Below, piece after piece: positions 39,304-50,393 of a stretch of DNA of 64,000 nucleotides. Numbering within the stretch: position 1 is the stretch's first letter; each line of letters begins with the position of its first letter. The DNA is from Gammaproteobacteria bacterium. GTDB taxonomy: Bacteria; Pseudomonadota; Gammaproteobacteria; CAJXQU01. The notes under the pieces were generated by a model that had not been told where the DNA came from, did no database searches, and was given only the letters and a program-made list of their open reading frames with translations. The DNA is taken from positions 2,752,001 to 2,816,000 of the forward strand of contig CBDEGZ010000003.1 of NCBI GenBank assembly GCA_965238175.1, read 5' to 3'. The translations under genes and the position numbers were made by a program.

Positions 39304-40296
39304 ATGTCATATACCTCATTACCCCCGTGGCCAAAAACGTATCCTGAGACAGGCGCACGCGGATCGCTAAAACAAAATAACGAAGATTTCCGTGTCACTG
39401 AACTGCCCTTGTCATTGCCGTCAGGTGAAGGCGAGCATATTTGGTTACAAGTTAATAAAGACGGTGCAAACACCGCTTTTGTTGCGCAATGTATCGCTGA
39501 CTATGCAAGCGTCAAACTAATGGATGTCGGCTACGCAGGCTTAAAAGATCGCTATGCGATTTCTGAGCAGTGGTTTAGTGTCTATTTCCCCAAAGGTGAA
39601 GCCCCGGACTTTTTGCAGTTAGCACATGATGAATTCACCGTGTTAGCACAGCACCGCCATGTTAAAAAATGTCGTCGTGGTGATTTATTGGGCAATCAGT
39701 TCGAAATTGTGCTGCGAGATGTGGAAGGAGATCACGCGCTCATTGAAGCAAACTTATTACAGATTCAACAATATGGCGTACCTAACTATTTTGGCCCTCA
39801 ACGATTTGGGCGCGATGGTGGCAATGTTGCGCAAGGTCATTTGATGCTCACACGAGATACCCGTGGACGCCAGCAAAAAAAGAAAGGTATTTATTTATCG
39901 GCAGTCCGTTCTTTTATTTTTAATGAAATACTGGCAGATCGCATCAATAATGGGCTGTGGGGCAAGACGCTTGAAGGAGATGTGTTTGATGAGCAAGGCA
40001 TGCCGACCGGAGCGCTATGGGGGCGTGGCCGTATTAGCACCGCAACAGCAGCTGCTGACTTAGAAAATGCTATAGCTAAACGACACGCAGCTTTATGTGA
40101 AGGCATGGAGTATGCCGGCCTAAAGCAAGAGCGTCGGACGCTAGCCGCCATCCCAAAGAACATGACATGGCAATGGCTAAACGAGTCGCAACTACAGCTC
40201 AGCTTTTCATTATCCGCAGGATATTATGCGACCTCTGTCATCCGAGAAATATTAGATGCGCAAGAACCTGATAGATTTAAAGCTAGCGACAAATGA
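39304..40296 (+). CDS. truD: tRNA pseudouridine(13) synthase
   Basis: EDFRVTE, GYAGLKDRYA, GNQFEIVLR, GVPNYFGPQRFG, LSAGYYATSVIRE. Confidence 0.95.
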   Translation: MSYTSLPPWPKTYPETGARGSLKQNNEDFRVTELPLSLPSGEGEHIWLQVNKDGANTAFVAQCIADYASVKLMDVGYAGLKDRYAISEQWFSVYFPKGEAPDFLQLAHDEFTVLAQHRHVKKCRRGDLLGNQFEIVLRDVEGDHALIEANLLQIQQYGVPNYFGPQRFGRDGGNVAQGHLMLTRDTRGRQQKKKGIYLSAVRSFIFNEILADRINNGLWGKTLEGDVFDEQGMPTGALWGRGRISTATAAADLENAIAKRHAALCEGMEYAGLKQERRTLAAIPKNMTWQWLNESQLQLSFSLSAGYYATSVIREILDAQEPDRFKASDK

Positions 40297-40410
40297 AAAG
40301 TCATACGTAATGTTGATAACCTCAGTTATTTCATGATCGATTTAATACGATTTGACAATATTTTAAATCGGCATAAAGCGCATTTAACAAAATTGCCATC
40401 AATAGCACGA

Positions 40411-41304
40411 TCATTCTAACGATAAGTTACGGTCACAACTAAAGCATCTTTCCTGTTGAGAGACTGGGTCAATAAACTGAAGTTCTTTTGCTAATAACTG
40501 CAATGGTGCTGAATAGTCATCTGCTGATAGCGGTTGTAATTGCGGGTAGTACTTGTCATGCAGTATCGGCCAGCCCAATGCCTGCATGTGAAGTCGTAAT
40601 TGATGGGTTTTACCCGTAATTGGATTTAATTCAAATAACGCTTTCTGATCAGATTGTTGCAGGCATCGAATCACAGAATGGCTATTGGCCTCGCCCTCCT
40701 CCGCCACTCGCATGCGAAAGTGTTGTTTGGCCCGCACGAGTCGATTTTTAACTTCCCATTCCTGCCCTATCAGTTTTTCATCGGCACTAATGTTCGCAAT
40801 TGCCTGATAGGTTTTGTGCATTTGTCGTGTTTCAAATAAATGATGGTAATGATGACGGGTGTCCGGATTAACAGAAAATAAAACCAAGCCAGCTGTGACT
40901 CTATCCAAGCGATGTAATGCTTGTAAGGCCTCAATGCCGGTGCTGCGTCGTAAGCGATTTTGCAGGCATTCATTCACATAAACACCGCCTGAGGTTACTG
41001 CTAGAAAGTGCGGTTTATAGGCCACCAAAATATGCTGATCCTGAAATATGATCGTTTCCTTAAAGGGGATGCTAGGCTCGCTTTCGACCTCCCTGTAATA
41101 GTAGATCCGTTGCTGCGGTTGGAAAGGCGATTTTGTTGTTATCAGTGAGCCATCGTAGCAGTGTACCTTGCCATCGGCGATGCGTTGCCTCCAAATCTGT
41201 GCATTAATAGTAGGGAATTTAATCACCAGATATTCCAGTACTGTCGCGATGCCGGGGTTAATCTGCGGCAAACTTAGCTTCGACGGGTACTCGGAAATTG
41301 CCAT
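40411..41304 (-). CDS. RluA-family RNA pseudouridine synthase
   Basis: YKPHFL, LHRLDRVTAGL, TGKTHQLRLHM, PLQLLA. Confidence 0.92.
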   Translation of the reverse strand: MAISEYPSKLSLPQINPGIATVLEYLVIKFPTINAQIWRQRIADGKVHCYDGSLITTKSPFQPQQRIYYYREVESEPSIPFKETIIFQDQHILVAYKPHFLAVTSGGVYVNECLQNRLRRSTGIEALQALHRLDRVTAGLVLFSVNPDTRHHYHHLFETRQMHKTYQAIANISADEKLIGQEWEVKNRLVRAKQHFRMRVAEEGEANSHSVIRCLQQSDQKALFELNPITGKTHQLRLHMQALGWPILHDKYYPQLQPLSADDYSAPLQLLAKELQFIDPVSQQERCFSCDRNLSLE

Positions 41305-41364
41305 TTAATGATCCAACTATTGGCTATAGAAAGAACTTAATAGCGCCAGGTTGAGGGAGCATAT

Positions 41365-43710
41365 TTATTTCTTCAAAGCCTGTTGCAACGCTGAAGCAAA
41401 GGCCGTGTTGCCAGGCGGTTTTGCCTGGTTATTTTTATTTGATTGATTAGGCTTTCTATTATTTTTTTTGCGATCTGGCTTCCTACTTGTTGGTACTGGC
41501 ACTGACACTTTCTTTTCATTATCAGCCCTATCAGTCGAGACTTCTTTCTTCATCGTCAAAGCAATTCGCTTACGTTTTTCATCTACTTCTGTAACGCGGA
41601 CTTTTACTATGTCACCTGCTTTCACCACTTCATTCGGATCTTTGACGAAGCGATCTGCTAGTTGTGAAACGTGCACAAGACCATCTTGATGTACGCCAAT
41701 ATCAACGAACGCACCGAAGTTGGTGACATTGGTGACAACACCTTCCAGTTGCATACCAATTTCTAGATCAGTAAGTTTTTCGACACCTTCTGAGAATTCT
41801 GCCGTTTTGAATTCAGGGCGAGGATCGCGCCCAGGTTTTTCCAGTTCCGCAATAATATCGACAATCGTCGGCACACCAAATTGTTCATCTGTGTAGTCGG
41901 AGGCTTTAAGGCTTTTCAAGAACTGGCTGTCGCCGATCAGATCTGTAATCTCTCGGGATTGCTGTTGCGAGATTTTTGTAACGACAGGATAAGCTTCTGG
42001 ATGAACGGCTGATGCATCTAGGGGATTGTCTCCTTTGCGTATTCTTAAAAAACCGGCCGCTTGTTCATAGGCTTTTGGACCTAATCGGGGAATACTGAGA
42101 AACTCTTTACGGTTTTTAAAGGCGCCATTAGCATCTCGATATTCGACCATATTTTGTGCGAGGGTTTCGTTGAGACCAGACACTTGTTTTAGCAATGCGG
42201 CAGAAGCAATATTCACATCTACGCCAACCGCATTTACACAGTTTTCGACGACGCCTTCTAGTGATCGCGCCAGTTGGGTTTGATTTACATCATGTTGATA
42301 TTGACCTACGCCAATTGCTTTTGGATCAATTTTAACCAACTCGGGCAGAGGATCTTGTAACCGTCGAGCAATCGAAACTGCGCCACGAATTGATACATCG
42401 AGATCCGGAAATTCTTTGGCTGCTATTTCAGAAGCGGAATAAACGGATGCACCCGCTTCTGACACCATCAATTTTTGCAGATCGAGATCAGGGTTTAGTT
42501 TAATCAAATCCGCAGCCAGTTTGTCGGTTTCTCGTGAGGCGGTTCCATTTCCAATACTGATCAAACTAATGGAATGTTTTTTGATCAATTTAGTTAAGGT
42601 TGCAAGCGATGCATCCCACTGTTTTTTTGGTGCATGTGGGTAGATGGTATCGAAATCAACTACTTTGCCGGTGGTATTGACTACAGCGACTTTGACGCCA
42701 GTACGAATACCCGGATCTAATCCTAACGTTGCTTTTGCACCGGCGGGTGGAGCGAGCAATAGTGCATTTAGATTAACCGAAAATACGCGGATGGCTTCTT
42801 CTTCAGCTTGTTCACGCAGACGCATTTTGAGATCTAAATCTAAATGCGTACGGACTTTAACTTTCCAGGCCCATTCGACTACTTCTTGTAACCAGCTATC
42901 TGCTGCACGGCCTTTGTCTTCGATATTGAATGTGTTAGCGATATCGGTAATCGCCGGATGTGTGGCCCGATATGTAGCTAGACCTTCGACAGGGATATCC
43001 AAATTGAGCATTAAGATCCCCTCATTACGGCCACGGAAGATGGCCAGTGCGCGGTGCGGCGGGACCTTATTGATAGCTTCACTGTATTCAAAGTAATCCG
43101 AAAACTTTTGGCCTTCCTGTTCTTTTCCTGCGATCACTTGTGAAGTGAGGATCCCTTGTTTCCAGAGTTGTTCGCGTAAACGACCGATGAGTTCAGCATT
43201 TTCGGAAAACTGTTCCATCAATATTTGTTTAGCGCCATCTAATGCATCTTTGATTTCGTTGATTTTTTGATCAGGTGCGAGAAATTTTGCGGCTTCTACT
43301 TCAGGATCATGTGTTGGATCTTCAAACAATAATTGAGCAAGTGGTTCAAGCCCAGCTTCTCGTGCGATTTGCGCTTTGGTGCGGCGTTTAGGCTTATAAG
43401 GCAGGTAGAGATCTTCCAGCTTGGTTTTGGTTTCAGCAGCCTCAAGAGAATCACACAGTTCCTCGGTTAATTTTCCTTGCTCATCAATACTTTTCAGGAT
43501 CGTTTCCCGACGTTCCTCCAACTCTCTTAAATATCGCAACCTTTCTTCAAGATTGCGTAGTTGCGTATCGTCTAAGCCACCGGTTTTTTCTTTTCTATAG
43601 CGAGAAATAAACGGAACGGTTGATCCTTCATCTAATAGTTCTATAGCAGCACTGGTTTGTTTCGGTGAGACATTGAGTTCTTGTGCGATCTGAGCAGAGA
43701 TATTCAACAT
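41365..43710 (-). CDS. tex: Tex/YhgF-family S1-domain RNA-binding protein
   Basis: [32 protein letters not shown]1 domain [16 protein letters not shown]. Confidence 0.97.
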   Translation of the reverse strand: MLNISAQIAQELNVSPKQTSAAIELLDEGSTVPFISRYRKEKTGGLDDTQLRNLEERLRYLRELEERRETILKSIDEQGKLTEELCDSLEAAETKTKLEDLYLPYKPKRRTKAQIAREAGLEPLAQLLFEDPTHDPEVEAAKFLAPDQKINEIKDALDGAKQILMEQFSENAELIGRLREQLWKQGILTSQVIAGKEQEGQKFSDYFEYSEAINKVPPHRALAIFRGRNEGILMLNLDIPVEGLATYRATHPAITDIANTFNIEDKGRAADSWLQEVVEWAWKVKVRTHLDLDLKMRLREQAEEEAIRVFSVNLNALLLAPPAGAKATLGLDPGIRTGVKVAVVNTTGKVVDFDTIYPHAPKKQWDASLATLTKLIKKHSISLISIGNGTASRETDKLAADLIKLNPDLDLQKLMVSEAGASVYSASEIAAKEFPDLDVSIRGAVSIARRLQDPLPELVKIDPKAIGVGQYQHDVNQTQLARSLEGVVENCVNAVGVDVNIASAALLKQVSGLNETLAQNMVEYRDANGAFKNRKEFLSIPRLGPKAYEQAAGFLRIRKGDNPLDASAVHPEAYPVVTKISQQQSREITDLIGDSQFLKSLKASDYTDEQFGVPTIVDIIAELEKPGRDPRPEFKTAEFSEGVEKLTDLEIGMQLEGVVTNVTNFGAFVDIGVHQDGLVHVSQLADRFVKDPNEVVKAGDIVKVRVTEVDEKRKRIALTMKKEVSTDRADNEKKVSVPVPTSRKPDRKKNNRKPNQSNKNNQAKPPGNTAFASALQQALKK

Positions 43711-43904
43711 TGAGGTTGGTGATCCTTAAGGAGCTAGAAAAGGCTGCCATTATCCTGTTTGTTGAACGATCAATAAACCATTATTTTGAGATCCCTGGGT
43801 TGATTTCTCGGATTAATTATTATGAAAATGACTTCTCAGAGTAGATCTAAAGCTAAACGACTTGGTGATTGCTAAAAAATAATTGGAGTTAAAAACAATT
43901 AATT

Positions 43905-44097
43905 GAGATTACCAATGATTCGCTTAGGCAATTTTTTCCAAAAAAACTTCCGGATTGTGAACTAGAAACAGCTCAAGAATGTCGTGGACAATTTAAATAA
44001 CCGGTCCAGAAAACCAGTCATTATCTAACACCTAATCAGGTATTTAATAATGTCTTTTTCATTTATTTAAGTTGCACTTAACCTACTTGAATTCGAG
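43905..44097 (+). mobile_element. Degenerate IS30-family 3' end (transposase C-terminus plus right end)
   Basis: Frame-broken fragments EITNDSLRQFFPKK, VVDNLNNRSRK and YLTPNQVF, then GTTGCACTTA...ACTTGAATTCG; these match the IS30 C-terminal pattern ENTNGLLRQYFPK...LNNRPRK..TP.EVF...VAL. Confidence 0.75.
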
Positions 44098-44098
44098 T

Positions 44099-44683
44099 TT
44101 AATTCTCAGTACCAAAGAAAAATGTTTGGAATAAGCGGCCATCTTGTACATCACTACCGAAATAGTCCAGTGATGTATGGAAGTTATCTCCACGATATAA
44201 GATCAGTCTGTTGTATTTGTTACCGACAAAGTCTGTCATCTCCCATTTAGTCATATCCTGAGAATCTTTATAGATCTCATCCATTACTTCTTTGTTGTAT
44301 GAACCATCAACGTTTTTTACAGCCATTTCAAGACCCGTTTCTTTATGCCGGAATAAACCAGTACCACCAGTTAATGGAGCATCCGGAGTTAAATATAGAA
44401 CCCCTGCCCAAGTTGTAGTTTGATCAGCATGAACCCATGAACGATCTCTTTGAGTTGTATATTGAAATGCTCCAGTGTACTCACAAGATTCCCACATTGT
44501 GATTTCACCAGCATAAGGTTTGATAATATCACTGATGAGATTCTTAACTTGATCATTCTTTACAGGGACAGTTCTTTGACCTGGGTAATTACCTCTAACG
44601 CCAAATTCCATACCTAACGCCATCTCTCTTACTTCGTCGACATCTTCATAGAAGTTTTCGACACAAATACTATTTACATGCAT
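44099..44683 (-). CDS. DUF6445-like / 2OG-Fe(II) oxygenase-fold protein
   Basis: ENFYEDVDEVR, GNYPGQRT, WVHAD (HxD), WAGVLYLTPDAP, GTGLFRH, NRLILY...FH, RLFQTFF. Confidence 0.75.
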   Translation of the reverse strand: MHVNSICVENFYEDVDEVREMALGMEFGVRGNYPGQRTVPVKNDQVKNLISDIIKPYAGEITMWESCEYTGAFQYTTQRDRSWVHADQTTTWAGVLYLTPDAPLTGGTGLFRHKETGLEMAVKNVDGSYNKEVMDEIYKDSQDMTKWEMTDFVGNKYNRLILYRGDNFHTSLDYFGSDVQDGRLFQTFFFGTEN

Positions 44684-45451
44684 TGCTAATTCCTTTTATT
44701 TGCTTCTGTTATTTCACCGTTAGTATTGTCAAATATAACTACGGCTTGATTTCCGTTAAGTGCATCAATGCGTTCAATCTTTTTTCAAGTAACCATTAAC
44801 TTTCTACCTAGCTCAAACGCTTTATGCATATCCTTTTTAACTGTGATCAATGCAACCATATAATCACTATAAAATTTATACACGTTGATTTCAGCGCATC
44901 ACCAATAACATAATTATACTATTATCTTCTGTTGTAACTTGCACTGTTTGATAGGAATCATTGTAATTGAGGCACACCCAACGATATTAATTAGTTAAGG
45001 CTGCCAATCATGATGAGTTTTATGAATCCATTCATATTTCGACTACTTCAATAATTATTTTTAGAATAATCATTGTAAGTATGCTCAGTTGTAATATAAC
45101 TAAACTTACTGATAATCGAATGTGTATTTTAATATGAATGTAAATTAATTTATAGCCTAGCTGGATACTTTACCTCACTTTTTTACAGTTTATTGAAACA
45201 ATTCGAATTCAAGCAATAAGTGCAATTTAACTTAAATAACCCTCAGTTCGATGTATAGACTCTCCCACCTTACAGTCGTAAATTGATGTCTACAAAAACC
45301 AAAAGAGTCCAACCATGAATAATTGACCAATCATTTCACTCAATTTAGCAAAAAAACGATCCAAAATTGTCAAGTCAATAAACAATGAAGTACCACATTA
45401 TTGAATGTTGCTACGATGCTTTCCCTGTCAATTTTAGGTTAAAATTTATGA

Positions 45452-46228
45452 TCATCCGGCCGACAATCCTAATGTATCGTCATTTAGTTTCTGTTCGGAT
45501 TTCTGACAAGGAATAACAATATCTTCTAGTTTTTTTATGTCGAGAATTTTTACATTACGGTAGTCGACCTTGAGTATCCCTTTATTATCAAAACTCGTTA
45601 ATTGACGACTAACCGTTTCCGTTGTAATGCCGAGAAAATTGGAAATATCGTTCCTGGACATGCTTAAGTTAAATTCGGTCGCTGAAAAACCCCTTTCAGA
45701 AAATCTCCTCGAAAGACTGAGCAAAAAAGCAGCAAGCCGTTCTCTGGCTGTTCTTGTACCTAGCAGCAAGTGAATATCGCGATCATCCGATAACTCTTTT
45801 CCTAACAAGCGCATCATTTGTCGTTGCAAGCTTGGTAAGGTCGCACACAACTCTTGCAAACGATCAAATGGGAGTTCACAAACCGACGTCATTTCAAGCG
45901 CCATAGTCGTACAACCATGACTGCTGTTCTCTAATCCGTCTAGCCCTACCAATTCTCCCGGCAGATAAAATCCTAGCGTTTGTTCAGTACCATCTTCTGT
46001 AACAGTATAACTTCGCAATGAACCAGAATGGACAGCAAACAGGCTGTGTAAGCTATCCCCCTGGTGATATAAAACATCACCACGCGAAAGAGGCCGCCCT
46101 CGACCAACGATAGTATCCAGTCTTTCCATCTCAGAGCTTAGCAAGCCTCTTGGCAAACAAATCTCACTCAATCGGCAATTTTGACATGCAACTTTTAGTC
46201 GTTTTATATTGATTACAGATTCATGCAT
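45452..46228 (-). CDS. fnr: Fumarate/nitrate reduction regulator FNR/Anr
   Basis: CQNC..SEICLP plus a central Cys; HTH GITTETVSR; adjacent to the cco genes. Confidence 0.93.
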   Translation of the reverse strand: MHESVINIKRLKVACQNCRLSEICLPRGLLSSEMERLDTIVGRGRPLSRGDVLYHQGDSLHSLFAVHSGSLRSYTVTEDGTEQTLGFYLPGELVGLDGLENSSHGCTTMALEMTSVCELPFDRLQELCATLPSLQRQMMRLLGKELSDDRDIHLLLGTRTARERLAAFLLSLSRRFSERGFSATEFNLSMSRNDISNFLGITTETVSRQLTSFDNKGILKVDYRNVKILDIKKLEDIVIPCQKSEQKLNDDTLGLSAG

Positions 46229-46734
46229 TCGCTCTCTATCTCCCTGGCTTAAAAGAAAACCGACTAACTTGATCCTAAGTTCAATCCTATTCCTATTTTT
46301 ATTCTTTACAATGTGTTATTAATTAAACATCTTGTTTCTCAATAAGTAACAAATTTAGGGGTTCACCCTTTCTTATCGCTCTATTTTATACTATCCATGA
46401 ACAACGAAGAATATCTAATGGCACTGACAATCAGATTAAGTGAGGAAAAATGCTTTGAAGAAGGTTTTCAATCGCCTAAATTATGCTTTTGACAGGCCCA
46501 AATTATAAAATCAGTAATATAGCAAGCTCTTTCGAGCTTGAAGAATTGAAATGTCTTGAATAAAAAAAACATCGCTACAGCCAGAATCTAAACTTATTTA
46601 GTCTGACTATAACGATGTGATCACAAACTTGTTTTTGAGCAAAAATCTAATTGTTCTCAGACGTGTGATCAGTATTGGGATGCTCCCAGCGTAAATGGGA
46701 GCGTTGATTTGAACATATAGGAAAAATGAAAATA

Positions 46735-46748
46735 GTGATGTAGATCAA
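46735..46748. promoter_or_regulatory. FNR-like box upstream of the DsbD_2/TauE-like gene
   Basis: GTGAT-GTAG-ATCAA, one mismatch from TTGAT-N4-ATCAA. Confidence 0.55.
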
Positions 46749-46819
46749 TTATTCTCCATTTAGATAAAATCGAGTTCAAAACTAGTTGTACTAACTCACT
46801 ACATGTGTAAATTTAATCT

Positions 46820-47548
46820 ATGAACAATGAATTTTCTTATGTTGTACTTTTCACTCTCGGTTTATTCAGCAGCTTCCACTGCATCGGCATGTGTGGCGGG
46901 GTAATCAGCGCATTAACATTTGGATTGGATCAGAAAATTCGTGACGATAAAGTGACACTTGCTGTATATCTATTTGCTTATAATTTTGGTCGTCTCTTTA
47001 GCTATTTCGTTGCTGGTCTCATTGTAGGTTATATAGGCACAACGATAGTCGGTGTGATAGGAATGAGTTCGGCTCACCAAACAATAAAAACCTTTTCTGC
47101 AATCATGATAATTCTAATCGGTCTGTACATAGCTGGCTGGTTTCCACAATTCTCCAAAATAGAGCATCTCGGCGTAAAACTGTGGAAAAAAATACAACCT
47201 TTTGGTCAACGCTTGATCCCGGTTAAAACACCAAAACACGCAATCTGTTTTGGAATGATTTGGGGCTGGCTACCTTGTGGGCTGGTATACACCGCATTAT
47301 TGCTAGCCGCTTTAAGTGGCAATGCAATCAACGCGGGCTTAGGCATGCTAGCATTTGGCCTGGGAACAGTACCTGCCGTTATTGGTACGGGACTAATTTC
47401 CGGCAAGCTAAATAATACATTACGTAAACCAACTGTCCGAAAGTTATTTGGGTTTGCAATGATCATTCTGGCTGTCTTGATGATGGCAATACCGATGGAC
47501 CATTCAGATCATGTGATCCAGAAACATCCCAATATGCATCAGCATTGA
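46820..47548 (+). CDS. cbb3-associated TauE/SafE-like (DsbD_2) membrane protein
   Basis: HCIGMCGG, YNFGRLFSY, WGWLPCGLVY, AFGLGTVP; His-rich tail. Confidence 0.9.
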   Translation: MNNEFSYVVLFTLGLFSSFHCIGMCGGVISALTFGLDQKIRDDKVTLAVYLFAYNFGRLFSYFVAGLIVGYIGTTIVGVIGMSSAHQTIKTFSAIMIILIGLYIAGWFPQFSKIEHLGVKLWKKIQPFGQRLIPVKTPKHAICFGMIWGWLPCGLVYTALLLAALSGNAINAGLGMLAFGLGTVPAVIGTGLISGKLNNTLRKPTVRKLFGFAMIILAVLMMAIPMDHSDHVIQKHPNMHQH

Positions 47549-47736
47549 TCTTCATTATTTGAGTTTTCTTGTTCTGAACTAGACGTTGTATCTGGTTTAT
47601 CGTCATCCATAAGAATACGGTGCGCGGGGCCTTCCATATCATCAAATTGACCTGATCGAATAGCCCAAAATAAAACAGCAATAATGACACCAACTAATAT
47701 TAAAGAAAGTGGTATTAGTAAAAAAATAATATTCAT
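47539..47736 (-). CDS. ccoS: cbb3 oxidase maturation protein CcoS/FixS
   Basis: LLIPLSL...WAIRSGQFDDMEGPAHRILMDD. Confidence 0.93.
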   Translation of the reverse strand: MNIIFLLIPLSLILVGVIIAVLFWAIRSGQFDDMEGPAHRILMDDDKPDTTSSSEQENSNNEDQC

Positions 47737-47739
47737 AAA

Positions 47740-50184
47740 TCAAACAGCCTTTCTGATCCTTAAGGCATTTGTAACAACGATCAATGAGCTCAACGACATT
47801 CCGACTGCTGCCATCCAGGGCTCTAATAATCCAGTCACTGCGAGTGGTAAAGCAATAATATTATAGAGCACTGCCCAGGTAAGATTCTGCTTTATTATTT
47901 TGATGGTTTTTCGGGAAATATCTATAGCTCTGACAATGATAGCAAGCTGATCTCTTAATAAAATAAGATCAGCATTAGCGCGAGTAATTTCTGCGCCACT
48001 GCCCATCGCAATTGAAACCTCTGCTCCTGCTAGCACTGGAGCATCATTTATACCATCACCAACCATTGCGACAATTTCCCCCTGTTGTTGCAACTTCCGT
48101 ATCTCAGTTAGTTTTTGATCTGGTTTCATACCAAACTTAAAGTGATCAATTTTTAATTTTTTTGCCAGTGTTCTCACCACCGCTTCACAATCTCCGGAGC
48201 AAAGTGAAACATTTTTGACTCTTTCTTTTAACATGGAGATCATTTCCATTGCATCAGAACGCATTGCATCCTCGAAAATAAAAACAGCAAGCAATTTATT
48301 TTCATCGGCAAGAAATACATTCGATAAACCTGACATTCCTAATGAATGAATTAATGTTTTTGGTAATGTCGCTTGTGACCCATCCTTAATATGATCCACA
48401 TTACCGATCAAATATTTAACATCCTTAATAACACCGGTAAATCCTGCGCCAGGAGCATTAAATAATTCTTTTGCCTCAAGTAATAATGCTTTGTTATCGA
48501 ACATGGATAAGATTGATTTAGCGATGGGATGTTCGGAATATTGCTCTAATGAAGCCGCAATTTGTAGACATTGTTCTTTTGTCTCCTCTGAAAATATTTC
48601 AATTTTTTTTAATTGCAAATGACCTTTCGTCAGAGTACCCGTTTTATCAAAAACAAAATGATCGACATGAGCAAGTGTTTCTATCGCATGTCCGCGTATA
48701 CCTAAAATACCTGCTTTCATCAGTACATCTGTTGCGACAGTCATCGCGGCAGGAGTTGCCAACGACAGTGCACAAGGACAAGTCACCACCAATATCGACA
48801 ACATGATTTCAAACCAGTGTGGATTACCGATGAACCACCAATAAAAAGAAGTAAGCACTGTAAGACAAATAATGATCGGCACAAACCATGCTGCAGCCCG
48901 ATCGGCTAACTTTGTGATCTCGGGCTTTTCCATTTGTGACTGTTCCATAAGATGGGTAATACGAGACAGCAAACTATCCTTGCCAATAGAGTCAACAATG
49001 ATTTGTAATGGGCTTTCAACATTAATACTTCCACCAATAACCTGATCGTCAATACTTTTCACTATAGGCACACTTTCACCCGTTAATATTGATTCATTAA
49101 TGCTGGATCGCCCTTCGACAATATGACCATCAGCAGGAATTTTTTCACCCGCTAGCACCAGAACACGATCACCGATATTTAAACGTGCTACCGGGATACA
49201 CTCTTGCAAATTATTGTTGATTCGTACTGCTGTGCTTGGCGTCAAATAGATCAGGTTTTCTGATGTTTCGGATGCTTTTTTACGCGAGATCAACTCCAAG
49301 TATCGTGCCGTTAACAAAAAGAAATTAAACATAACTACAGAATCAAAATAGATCTCGCCAGAACCTGTTATGGTTGCTTTCACACTGCCCAGAAAGGCAA
49401 TCAATATTCCTAAAGAAACAGGAACGTCCATTCCTAATTTTCGATGTTTTAAGGCACGTATTGCGGGATCAAAAAAGGCTCTGGATGAAAATACTACGAC
49501 TGGCACTGTTAAGAATAAACTTACCCAACGAAAGAAATGTTGGTACTTGTAACCATCTCCTAAAAAATCCCCACTGTATAAAGCAATTGCCAACATCATC
49601 ACTTGCACTCCCATGATTCCGGCAATTCCAAGTTGTTGTAATAGACGTTTTTGCTCGCTCTCTATGAGATGCTGATACTGTTCCGAATTGTAGGGATAAG
49701 CTTTGTAACCAATAGCATGAATCGCCTTCAAAATTCCACTGAACTTAACCGTGTTTTCATTCCACTTAACATGCAAACGTCGGGTGGAAAAATTTGCTTG
49801 AGCATTAAGGATGCCCGGGGTGTTTTTTAAATGTTGCTCATTCATCCAAACACATGCTGGACAAGTAATTCCTTCAATAATCAATGTCGCTTCGCGTTCA
49901 TCGTGGATCAGTTCAGTGACAAAACTTTTCTGTAATTCAGGTTCATCATAAACCGTTAGTTGCTCTAAAAAATCAGGTAAGACATTCTCGGCAGTCGGGG
50001 CGGACGCAGTGCGATTTCGATAAAAACCTCCCAAACCTGAAGCAACAATAATTTCCGCTACCGCTTGGCACCCCGCGCAACACATCGATCGATTCAGACC
50101 GTCAATACTTACTTGCAGCTCCAGATCCGTAGAAACAGGCAACCCACAGTGATAGCAAATTTGATCGTGTAAAGCGTCATCCAT
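47740..50184 (-). CDS. ccoI: Cu-translocating P1B ATPase CcoI/FixI
   Basis: CYHCG, CCAGC, CPAC, TCPCALSLATP, DKTGT, GDGIND. Start may be 50184 or 50193. Confidence 0.94.
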   Translation of the reverse strand: MDDALHDQICYHCGLPVSTDLELQVSIDGLNRSMCCAGCQAVAEIIVASGLGGFYRNRTASAPTAENVLPDFLEQLTVYDEPELQKSFVTELIHDEREATLIIEGITCPACVWMNEQHLKNTPGILNAQANFSTRRLHVKWNENTVKFSGILKAIHAIGYKAYPYNSEQYQHLIESEQKRLLQQLGIAGIMGVQVMMLAIALYSGDFLGDGYKYQHFFRWVSLFLTVPVVVFSSRAFFDPAIRALKHRKLGMDVPVSLGILIAFLGSVKATITGSGEIYFDSVVMFNFFLLTARYLELISRKKASETSENLIYLTPSTAVRINNNLQECIPVARLNIGDRVLVLAGEKIPADGHIVEGRSSINESILTGESVPIVKSIDDQVIGGSINVESPLQIIVDSIGKDSLLSRITHLMEQSQMEKPEITKLADRAAAWFVPIIICLTVLTSFYWWFIGNPHWFEIMLSILVVTCPCALSLATPAAMTVATDVLMKAGILGIRGHAIETLAHVDHFVFDKTGTLTKGHLQLKKIEIFSEETKEQCLQIAASLEQYSEHPIAKSILSMFDNKALLLEAKELFNAPGAGFTGVIKDVKYLIGNVDHIKDGSQATLPKTLIHSLGMSGLSNVFLADENKLLAVFIFEDAMRSDAMEMISMLKERVKNVSLCSGDCEAVVRTLAKKLKIDHFKFGMKPDQKLTEIRKLQQQGEIVAMVGDGINDAPVLAGAEVSIAMGSGAEITRANADLILLRDQLAIIVRAIDISRKTIKIIKQNLTWAVLYNIIALPLAVTGLLEPWMAAVGMSLSSLIVVTNALRIRKAV

Positions 50185-50247
50185 TCGTAACATTTTGCCT
50201 GATCCCAAAGTAACAGGATAACAACAAGCTCAAAAACTGCATGTTCT

Positions 50248-50261
50248 TTGATTTAGATCAA
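50248..50261. promoter_or_regulatory. Perfect FNR box between divergent ccoI and ccoN
   Basis: TTGAT-TTAG-ATCAA. Confidence 0.88.
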
Positions 50262-50393
50262 ATTTGTTTTATGAATTATGCCAATAATGCTTATTGGTTC
50301 ATATATTGAGCTTAAGCAGATCAGATTCAGATCAAATAGTTCAAACACTATTGCTTGACTCTGTTAATGATAATTTTTCCAAGGAGTGGCTCT

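Noticed and set aside
46269-46284. TTGAT-N6-TTCAA upstream of fnr as an autoregulatory FNR box
   Set aside because: Wrong spacing (N6 rather than N4) and a mismatched half-site.
46522-46702. Small hairpins (CAAGCTC/GAGCTTG; GCTCCCA/TGGGAGC) in the fnr upstream gap as an sRNA
   Set aside because: 7-bp stems with no U-tract or promoter support; could be chance.
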